Part shown: one piece after another, positions 19,611 to 26,481 of the stretch
How the letters are laid out: the number at the start of each line of letters is the position of its first letter
Numbering within the stretch: position 1 is the first letter of the stretch
Assembly (NCBI GenBank): GCA_963764715.1
Contig: CAVXTP010000017.1
Coordinates: 65,524-129,523 of the forward strand
Source of the DNA: an uncultured Acidobacteriota bacterium
GTDB lineage: Bacteria; Acidobacteriota; Thermoanaerobaculia; UBA5066; Gp7-AA6
Direction: 5' to 3'
Length of the DNA stretch: 64,000 bases
Notes under the pieces: model-generated
Database searches by the model: none
What the model saw: only the letters and a program-made list of their open reading frames with translations
What the model was told of the DNA's origin: nothing
Translations under genes and position numbers: made by a program

Positions 19611-20779
19611 AGAGCGCCTGGGCGGCGACCTCGCGGGCCGAAGCGGTCCGGGACGCGGCGCGCGGCTGGAAGGGCGCGGGAGCGATCGACGCCCCCGCCC
19701 TCGCCGCCATCCAGGCCGAGTATCCCGAGCCGCGGATCGCCCTCCACCGGGCGTGGCGGGTGCTCGTGTTCGTGCTCGTCTCGATCGCAACCGGCGCGGT
19801 CTTCGGCGTGTTCCACGGCAACGACGACATCCTCGCGCCCTGTCTCGTCTTCGGCGCGGCCCTCGCCGTGGCGACCGAGGTGCTCCGAGGCTCGCGCCTG
19901 TCGGGGACCGGGGCCGACGCCGCCACCGCGTCCTGGGCGACGGGATTCCTGCTCGCCGCGGCCGCCATCTTCCTGACGGATCGCCTCCACTTCGAAAGCG
20001 ACGACGCCGTCACCCTCGTCCTCGCGGCCGCGGTCCTCCTCGGTGCGCTGGCGGCGTGGCGCTGGGGATTCTGGTTCTTCGCCGCGGCGGCAATGGGGGC
20101 GTTCTTCTTTGCCGTCGCGCGGCAGCCCTTCGCGCGCAGCGCCTGGATCGTGCTCTCGATCCTCGCCATGGCCGCGACCTACCGCCGCCTCGATCGCGCC
20201 GCGATCGCGCCGGCGCACCGGTCCGGGCTCGCCGCCGTTTTCGCGGCATCCGCGGCCGCCCTGTACGCCGCGACGAACCTCTACTCCTTCGACATGCTGC
20301 TCGTGGAGCGCATCCGGCTCTCGCTGTCCGGCGGGGCCCGGCTGTCCGCTTCCGGGGCTTCGCCCGTCCGCATCGTCGCGATCCTCGCGACGGCGGCCTT
20401 CCCCGTCGTGTTCCTCGCCTGGGGAATCCGGGCCCGGCGCACGCTGCTTCTCGGGATCGGGATCGTCTCGGCCGCGCTCTCGGTCGCGACGTTCCGAAAC
20501 GAGTTCCCGATAGGGCCGCGTTGGGCGTTTCTCACGGCGTGCGGCGCCGTCCTCGTCGGCGCGGCGCTCTGGATCCACCGGCGGCTGCGCGAGGCACCCG
20601 GCCGGACCTGGCGCGGCCTCACGGCGGAGCCGCTGTATTCGGACGCCGAGCCCGGCATCTCGCCGCTCGGGGCCCTCGGCGCTCACTTCGCCGGGCCCGC
20701 GGCGCCCCACGAGCCGGAAAGCGGCCTCGCGACGGGCGGCGGGGAGTTCGGCGGCGGCGGTGCGTCGGGCCAGTACTAA
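19607..20779 (+). CDS. polytopic membrane protein with Gly-rich C-terminal tail
   Basis: The GTG at 19607 overlaps the upstream stop (GTGA). It has about 9 hydrophobic helices and ends GGGEFGGGGASGQY. Confidence 0.6.
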   Translation: MKSAWAATSRAEAVRDAARGWKGAGAIDAPALAAIQAEYPEPRIALHRAWRVLVFVLVSIATGAVFGVFHGNDDILAPCLVFGAALAVATEVLRGSRLSGTGADAATASWATGFLLAAAAIFLTDRLHFESDDAVTLVLAAAVLLGALAAWRWGFWFFAAAAMGAFFFAVARQPFARSAWIVLSILAMAATYRRLDRAAIAPAHRSGLAAVFAASAAALYAATNLYSFDMLLVERIRLSLSGGARLSASGASPVRIVAILATAAFPVVFLAWGIRARRTLLLGIGIVSAALSVATFRNEFPIGPRWAFLTACGAVLVGAALWIHRRLREAPGRTWRGLTAEPLYSDAEPGISPLGALGAHFAGPAAPHEPESGLATGGGEFGGGGASGQY

Positions 20780-20781
20780 GG

Positions 20782-22299
20782 CTAGTTCCCCTTGAGGATG
20801 TCGATCGACCCGTTCGAGTCGGTCAGCGTCAGCGGACACTTGCCGTCGCCGATGCGCCCGTTGAGGCTCTCGCCCGAGACCGAGCCGGCCACGGTCAGCG
20901 GCAGCTCGGTCTTGATCTTGCCGAACGACGTCCTCGCCTCGACCGTGTAGCCCGCGCCTTCCGGCAGGCGGACCGTGATCGGGCCGAACGAGGTCCGCAG
21001 GGAAACGGGCTGGCAGGCGCCGCCCTTGCCACCGGCGGCGCGCACCTCGATGCCGCCGTTGGAGTTGTCGACGTCGATCTTGCCGTCGACGTCCTGGAGC
21101 CAGACCGAGCCGAACGAGGTCCGTACCTGCGCTCCGCCCCGAATCCCCTGCGCCTTGATGGCGCCGTTGGAGTTCTCGACCGTCAGGTCGCCCGTGACGC
21201 GGTTCGCCTCGGCCGGACCGAAGCTCGTCTTGAGGAAGGCGCCGCCCAGGACGTCCGTCGCCGACACGGGTGCGTTCTCGGCCACGATCCGGAGGCCCTT
21301 CTTCACGTTGGAGGCCGCGACCCGCGCGAAGGAGCCTCGCAGCTCGGCCGTTCCGGCCACGTCGTTGACCGAGATGGCCCCGTTCGAATTCGTCACGGAC
21401 ACGTCGCCGCCGAGGGCCGACATGACGACGCTCCCGAAGGACGAGCGCACGGTTGCCGGGCCCTTGATCGTGTCCGCGCTGACGGCGCCGTTGGAGTTCT
21501 CGACCTCGAGCGAGGACGACAGGTTGCGCGCCTCCACGCTGCCGAACGAGTTGGTGACCGACACCGGCCCCTTCGCGTCGTTGACGCTGACCGCGCCGTT
21601 GGAGCCCGAGATCGTCAGCTTTCCCAGGATCCGCGCGGCCGAGATCGGGCCGAAGCGGTTGCGGACCTGGGCGGCACCCGCGACGTCGTTGACCCCGATG
21701 CTCCCGTTCGAGCCGCTGATCTCGACGTTGCCCGCGTTCGACGTCAGCTCGATCGCGCCGAAGGCGTTCTCGATCTTCTGGTCTCCGCGTCCGTTGCGGA
21801 AGAGAACCTTGCCATTGGCGTTGGTGATCGCGCCGGCGGCCTTCAGGCCTTCGACCGACACGTCGCCGAATTTGTTGCGCGCCGACAACGGCATCGTTTC
21901 CGGCAGGACGATCTCGAAGTCGACGGAGTAGGACACGAACCCGGAGCCCGAGAACCTCCACTTCTTCTCGGGGTACTTCGTTCTGACGACGATCGCCGCG
22001 GCCGTCTCCTCGACCGAGATCGCGATCCCGTCGCCGAACGCCTTCGCCTCGCCGCTCGCGGACGTCGAGACCGCGACGTGCGCGCGGATCCGGACCTCGG
22101 GCAGCGCATGCGTCGTGATCCGCACCGCGCCCTGGCTGTGATCGATTTCGAAGCGCTGGCCGGGCTTGACGGCGAGCGTCTTCGAGAAGTCGCGCTCGTA
22201 GTCGTCGCGGGCCTCGCGGCTCGCGGCGGACAGCGCGGGGGCGAGCGCGGCGAAGGCCAGGAGGGCGGCCGCGGCCCATCGGGAAGGACGAGCGTTCAT
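20782..22299 (-). CDS. DUF4097-family beta-strand-repeat protein (putative adhesin fold), secreted
   Basis: The ATG at 22299 lies inside ORF 20782..22950. It has a signal peptide (MNARPSRWAAAALLAFAALAPALSAA). About 12 degenerate units of type SNG(A/S)(I/V)xVxDxxGxxxVxxSFGxV follow. Confidence 0.8.
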   Translation of the reverse strand: MNARPSRWAAAALLAFAALAPALSAASREARDDYERDFSKTLAVKPGQRFEIDHSQGAVRITTHALPEVRIRAHVAVSTSASGEAKAFGDGIAISVEETAAAIVVRTKYPEKKWRFSGSGFVSYSVDFEIVLPETMPLSARNKFGDVSVEGLKAAGAITNANGKVLFRNGRGDQKIENAFGAIELTSNAGNVEISGSNGSIGVNDVAGAAQVRNRFGPISAARILGKLTISGSNGAVSVNDAKGPVSVTNSFGSVEARNLSSSLEVENSNGAVSADTIKGPATVRSSFGSVVMSALGGDVSVTNSNGAISVNDVAGTAELRGSFARVAASNVKKGLRIVAENAPVSATDVLGGAFLKTSFGPAEANRVTGDLTVENSNGAIKAQGIRGGAQVRTSFGSVWLQDVDGKIDVDNSNGGIEVRAAGGKGGACQPVSLRTSFGPITVRLPEGAGYTVEARTSFGKIKTELPLTVAGSVSGESLNGRIGDGKCPLTLTDSNGSIDILKGN

Positions 22300-22961
22300 G
22301 ACTTGACCTCTTTCATCAGATCCTGCAGGGTGCGCTGCTTCTCGCGGTACGCGGCGAGCAGCTCCCGGCGCAGGTGGGTGTTGTAGCGGTTCTGTTCGAT
22401 CGACGATTTCAGGTCCGCGATCGCGGAGTCGAGGACCGCGAGCTTCTCGCGGTAGTTCAGGGCGAGCGGGGAGCTCGCGGCCTGGAGCTTCGGCGCGGCC
22501 AGGCGGGACAGTTTCTCGATCGACTCGACGTAGCCCTTCTCGGCCGCTTCGACCTCGTCGGCGGCGGCGTCGGCGAGGATGGGATCGCGGGTCGTCTCCC
22601 AGCGGCTGGCGAGCGGGTCGCGCCCGCCGCTGTTGCGGAAGACCCACAGGCCCGCGGTCGCGATCGCGAAGAGAGCGATGAGGGCGCCGGCCGGAAGGAG
22701 CCGGAGCCACGACGTCGACGGCACGGACTCGGATCCGGCCGGCTTCGCGGACTCCTCGGCCAGGCGCTGCCGGATCGAGGGCCAGAGCTCCGGGGAGGAC
22801 CACCGGACCCGCAGGGACGGCGCGGCGGCCGAGAGGCGGCGCCATTCCGCGAGCTCGCCGGCGCAGGCGGCGCAATCCCGCGCGTGCTCTTCGACGGCTT
22901 CGAGGAGCCCCGGGGCGCCGCTTTCGAGCGCCCGTTCGAGATCGCGGCACGCGGCTTTCAC
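22296..22961 (-). CDS. anti-sigma factor (zf-HC2 type, single-pass membrane)
   Basis: The GTG at 22961 overlaps the sigma gene stop (GTGA). The N-terminal motif is HARDCAACAGELAEW. There is one TM segment (LLPAGALIALFAIATAGLWVF) and a coiled C-terminal domain. Its stop overlaps the DUF4097 start (ATGA). Confidence 0.8.
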   Translation of the reverse strand: MKAACRDLERALESGAPGLLEAVEEHARDCAACAGELAEWRRLSAAAPSLRVRWSSPELWPSIRQRLAEESAKPAGSESVPSTSWLRLLPAGALIALFAIATAGLWVFRNSGGRDPLASRWETTRDPILADAAADEVEAAEKGYVESIEKLSRLAAPKLQAASSPLALNYREKLAVLDSAIADLKSSIEQNRYNTHLRRELLAAYREKQRTLQDLMKEVKS

Positions 22962-23521
22962 GGGGCCTCCGGCGGGAGAAACGCGCCCGCGGCCGAAAGC
23001 GTCTTCTGCAGCCGCCGCTTGGCGCGAAACAGCAGGCCCCGGGAAGCCGCCTCGGGCACCTCGAGGATCTCGCCGGCTTCGCGATGCGAGAGGCCCTCGA
23101 CCTCGCAGAGGAGAAACGCCGCCCGTTCGCGGGCGTCGAGGCGCGCGAGCGCCGCCTCGATCGCCAGTCGCAGCGCAGGATCCGTGTCGCGGACCGGCTC
23201 CTGCGCGATCGTCTCCGGCAGCGGGCCCTCCGCGCGGCGTCGGTTCTTGCGCATCAGGTCGTAGCAGGTGTTGACGAGGATGCGGTAGAGCCAGGTCGAG
23301 AGACTCGCGCCGCCGCGAAAGCCGGGCGCGGCCCGGTAGGCTTTGAGCATCGCCTCCTGGACCGCGTCTTCGGCGTCGGCGGCGTTGCCGAGAAGATTGG
23401 CTGCGATCGACTTCATCCGGTCTCCGTGCTCCGTGAAGAGCCATTCGAAGGCGGGCAGGCGGCCTGCTCGTAGACCCTCGAGAAGCTCCCCTTCGCCGGG
23501 CCGGACGTCGCTGCCTGACAG
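22958..23521 (-). CDS. ECF-type sigma-70 family RNA polymerase sigma factor (apparent CTG start)
   Basis: Region 2 (DAEDAVQEAMLKAYR, STWLYRILVNTCYDLMRK) and region 4 (LSHREAGEILEVPEAASRGLLFRAKRRLQ) are both present. The track start (ATG at 23416) removes the conserved ELLEGLRAGRLPAFEWLFTEHGDR segment. The in-frame CTG at 23521 is preceded by AAGGAG with a 6-nt spacer. No ATG, GTG or TTG exists between it and the upstream stop. Confidence 0.85.
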   Translation of the reverse strand: MSGSDVRPGEGELLEGLRAGRLPAFEWLFTEHGDRMKSIAANLLGNAADAEDAVQEAMLKAYRAAPGFRGGASLSTWLYRILVNTCYDLMRKNRRRAEGPLPETIAQEPVRDTDPALRLAIEAALARLDARERAAFLLCEVEGLSHREAGEILEVPEAASRGLLFRAKRRLQKTLSAAGAFLPPEAP

Positions 23522-23581
23522 GACGAACTCCTTTGCCGTCTGTGCGATGCGAACGATACACCTGCCTCCGGTCCGGTCGAA

Positions 23582-23608
23582 GGAACCATTCCCGGCTACT
23601 TGGACGTC
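23582..23608 (+). promoter_or_regulatory. ECF-like promoter candidate GGAAC-N18-CGTC pointing toward the histidine-phosphatase gene
   Basis: GGAAC lies at 23582-23586 and CGTC at 23605-23608. A similar GGAAG-N18-CGTC lies at 47300-47326 upstream of the YceI gene. These are short motifs and a chance occurrence is plausible. Confidence 0.25.
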
Positions 23609-23629
23609 GGCCGGGGGCGTTTCGTTCGT

Positions 23630-23730
23630 GGGGTCAGGTCTTCAAATTTCGGATTTCGCCGTGGGGATCGACCCTGGCCATCGAGACCGGCGGCCAGGTT
23701 GAAAAATCCGAAAAATGAAGACCTGACCCC
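23630..23730. repeat. 28-bp imperfect inverted repeat (25/28) carrying the motif CCGAAA-N5-AGACCTGACCC, arms at 23630-23657 and 23703-23730
   Basis: The reverse complement of 23630-23657 is GAAATCCGAAATTTGAAGACCTGACCCC. Positions 23703-23730 read AAAATCCGAAAAATGAAGACCTGACCCC. A third copy of the core lies at 47360-47381. Confidence 0.7.
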
Positions 23731-23744
23731 CGCTATAAGGGGCC

Positions 23745-24248
23745 ATGCGCCGGGTCGTTCTGCTCGCCGCCGTCATCGCGATTTCGGGTGCCGCGCAGGC
23801 GGCCGCCCAGCAGGTCGTCTTCGTCGTCCGTCACGCGGAGAAGATTTCGGACGAGGACGAGCGGTTGACGGAGGCCGGGCGCGCCCGGGCCGCGCGCCTG
23901 GCCGGGATGCTGCGGCGCTCGGGGATCACGGCGATCTACTCGACCGACACCGAGCGCACGCTCGGCACGGCGCGGCCGCTCGCCGACGCGCTCGGAATCA
24001 AAATCGCCATCTACGAAGCGAAGGCGATGAGCGGCCGCGTGGATTCCGCGGCCCTCGTCGAGCGGCTGCGCCGCGAGGCGCCCCGCGGCACGGTGCTCGT
24101 CGTCGGCCACAGCAACACGGTCCCGTCGCTTCTCGCGGCGCTCGGCTGCGGGGAGACCGTCTCGATCGGCAACGACGAGTACGACAACCTGTTCGTCGTC
24201 ATCCCGAAGGAGACCGGAAGAGCGACCCTCGTGCGGCTGAGGTACTAG
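23745..24248 (+). CDS. secreted histidine-phosphatase (phosphoglycerate-mutase/SixA-like) family protein
   Basis: It has a signal peptide (MRRVVLLAAVIAISGAAQAAA), the catalytic motif VVRHAEK, and the second histidine in VVGHSNT. Confidence 0.8.
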   Translation: MRRVVLLAAVIAISGAAQAAAQQVVFVVRHAEKISDEDERLTEAGRARAARLAGMLRRSGITAIYSTDTERTLGTARPLADALGIKIAIYEAKAMSGRVDSAALVERLRREAPRGTVLVVGHSNTVPSLLAALGCGETVSIGNDEYDNLFVVIPKETGRATLVRLRY

Positions 24249-24262
24249 CGGCGGTTGCGCTT

Positions 24263-26455
24263 CTACTGAAGCGAGAACGTCTTGACGATGAACACCGCCA
24301 TCTGGCCACGGGTGCTGTTGGCCGAAGGACAGTAGAGCGGAGGGCTGGCGGAGCAACCGCCCGTCACGCCCTCGGCCGCGAGCTGTTCGATCCAGTCGGC
24401 GAACGGCGACGGACAGGCGACGTCGTCGAAGGTCCCGGCGCAGGGTGGAGGCGCGAATCCCGATCCGTGCTCGCCCTTCATGAGGAAGACGGCCATCTGG
24501 TCCCGTCGCACCGGATCTTGCGGGCAGAACTTCCCGCCGCCGCAGCCGCCCGTGATTCCCTCGGCGGCCATCTGCTCGATCCACGGCGCGAACGACGATG
24601 AACACGGCACGTCGGAGAACACGCCCTGGCAAGGCGGCGGCGCGTAGCAGAGCCCGTGCTCCGCCTTGAGGATGAACACCGCCATCTGCTGCCGCAGCGT
24701 CGGTTGATTGACACCGTACATGCCTCCTCCGACGCCGGCGGTGATTCCGTTGGACACGAGCGTCGTGACGAACGCGTAGAACTGCGTACCGGAGTCGACG
24801 TCGAGGAAGTTCGAGACCCAGCCCTTGACCAGCGTCCCGCTCGTGCCGTCCGTGTTCGTCACGACGAGATCGTTGACGGTCCCGGCCGCCAGGATCGGAC
24901 TCGTGGCGTTGATCTGACCTCCGTTGACGACGTTGACGCCCGTCGCCGCCTGGCCGCCGATCGTCACCGCCGCGCCCGCGGCGAAGTCCGTCCCGAAGAT
25001 CGTGATCGGGATACCGACGGTGGGCGGACCCGACGGGGGCGAGACCGAGAACGGCAGGCGCTGCGAGAACTCGGAGGTCCGGCCGGTCGCGTGGTTGGTC
25101 GCCGTCATGCTGATTCGGGCGCCCGCCTCGGTCGCGACGGGGAGCGTGGTGTCGATCGACACCGTTCCCGCGCCGTCGGTCGTGACCTGGTCCGAGCCCA
25201 GGTAGGTCTTCCCCTCGTCGAAATCACGGGGGAAGTTCGAGCATGCCGGGTTCGAATAAAAATCGATGTCGTACATCGTCGAAGCCAGCGAGTGCAGCGC
25301 GGCCTGGACGTGCGTGGTCGCTCCCGTCGTGACCGACTTCAGGAGCGGGAAGTTCTGGATGCCGTCCACGTCGCCGGGGTCGTTCCTGGTGACCCCGTCG
25401 GACAGCATGTCGATGCCGAGGCCCGAGAAGCCGGGGTCTCCCCCGTTGCCATAGATGGAGTTGCCCCGGATCGTGCCGCCGCTGAAGACGCTTCCGATCA
25501 CGCCGATGCGCGTCATACCCGTCACGATGTTGCCCTCGCCGGGATTGACGCCGCCGACGATGGCGTCGATGCCGGGATCGATGCCGTAGGCGGTCGCGGG
25601 GGGAAACACGACGGTTCCGCTGGCGTCGACGCCGATCCGGTTGCCCTGGATTACCGTGCCGTCACACTGCGCCTGGATCGCCGCCCCCCGAAAGCCGGCG
25701 ATGACATTGCCGAGGACCGAGTTCGTGGCGGCGGCGGCCGAGCAGGACCCCAGGGTCACGCCGGTGCTCGTCGGAGCCTGCGTCAGCGCGACCGTGCCGG
25801 TCGAGTCCGTGCCCATCAGGTTGTTCTGGACGACGAATCCACTCGGGTTGCTCGAGTGCGCCGCGGAATACGCCGAGCCGATGACGTTGCGCTGCGCGAG
25901 CGCCGGGCCCCCGACGGTGCCCGAAATCATGTCGACGCCGACGTGGTTCCCCGAGGCCGTCAGCCCCGAGGCGTCGATTCCGATGAAGCAGCCCTCGACA
26001 TGCGCGGCCACCTCGTCGAAGCACACGACGGCCTCGTTGAATCCCCCGTTGATCACGAGACCCCGGACCGTTCCCCCGTTGATCCCGAAGATGATGCCGT
26101 CGGCATTCGGAATATTGGCTGCCGAGAGGACGATTTTCAGGACGGCGTTCGAGCCGAAGGTCGCCGTGTTCACGGACGCGCCCGGCTGGGTGTACCCGTC
26201 GATCGTCGCGATGTCGTTGACACCGGGCAGCTGCGAGGTCGGCGCGATCGTGCACACGCCCGAGCCGTCGCAGCCGGCTCCGGTGACGTTGAACGCGACC
26301 GTGTCGGCGCCGGCGTTCGCGTTCGCGTCGAGGATCGCCTGCCGGAGCGAGCCGGCCCCTGCGTCGTTCGTGTTCGTGACGGTGAACGTGGCCGCGGAGA
26401 GTCTCGCGGCGACGATCACTCCCGCAGCGATGCACAGGCAGAGCGCGACTTTCAC
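24263..26455 (-). CDS. secreted CSLREA-motif / parallel beta-helix / IPT-TIG protein with three C-terminal Cys-rich SLH-like repeats (paralog A)
   Basis: The GTG at 26455 lies inside ORF 24263..27457 and is preceded by GAGGAGG. It starts with a signal peptide. Then comes ATFTVTNTNDAGAGSLRQAILDANANAGADTVAFNV. Next are repetitive G/N/V-rich beta-helix turns and an IPT-like segment (ITIFGTDFAAGAAVTIGGQAATGVNVV). Three SLH-like repeats follow, the last ending TRGQMAVFIVKTF. Confidence 0.85.
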   Translation of the reverse strand: MKVALCLCIAAGVIVAARLSAATFTVTNTNDAGAGSLRQAILDANANAGADTVAFNVTGAGCDGSGVCTIAPTSQLPGVNDIATIDGYTQPGASVNTATFGSNAVLKIVLSAANIPNADGIIFGINGGTVRGLVINGGFNEAVVCFDEVAAHVEGCFIGIDASGLTASGNHVGVDMISGTVGGPALAQRNVIGSAYSAAHSSNPSGFVVQNNLMGTDSTGTVALTQAPTSTGVTLGSCSAAAATNSVLGNVIAGFRGAAIQAQCDGTVIQGNRIGVDASGTVVFPPATAYGIDPGIDAIVGGVNPGEGNIVTGMTRIGVIGSVFSGGTIRGNSIYGNGGDPGFSGLGIDMLSDGVTRNDPGDVDGIQNFPLLKSVTTGATTHVQAALHSLASTMYDIDFYSNPACSNFPRDFDEGKTYLGSDQVTTDGAGTVSIDTTLPVATEAGARISMTATNHATGRTSEFSQRLPFSVSPPSGPPTVGIPITIFGTDFAAGAAVTIGGQAATGVNVVNGGQINATSPILAAGTVNDLVVTNTDGTSGTLVKGWVSNFLDVDSGTQFYAFVTTLVSNGITAGVGGGMYGVNQPTLRQQMAVFILKAEHGLCYAPPPCQGVFSDVPCSSSFAPWIEQMAAEGITGGCGGGKFCPQDPVRRDQMAVFLMKGEHGSGFAPPPCAGTFDDVACPSPFADWIEQLAAEGVTGGCSASPPLYCPSANSTRGQMAVFIVKTFSLQ

Positions 26456-26481
26456 GAAACCTCCTCGTGTCGTTGGAACTC

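Noticed and set aside
17541-22279. Very long minus-strand ORFs (17541..19790, 749 aa; 19478..22279, 933 aa) and similar giants elsewhere. Examples are the 5' parts of 833..3538 and 38592..41462, plus 56040..58061, 57085..59406, 672..2420, 6140..8197 and 24656..26557.
   Set aside because: Their translations are monotonous Arg/Pro/Gly/Asp/Glu-rich strings with no motifs. They run antisense or out of frame to genes with clear family signatures and correct GC3 bias. Stop-poor alternative frames are expected at about 70% GC.
23522-23700. An autoregulatory ECF promoter directly upstream of the sigma gene on the minus strand.
   Set aside because: Candidate pairs have the wrong spacing (GGACC-N14-CGTT, GGAAT-N32-CGTT). 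The only well-spaced GGAAC-N18-CGTC lies on the opposite strand and is reported separately as a weak candidate.
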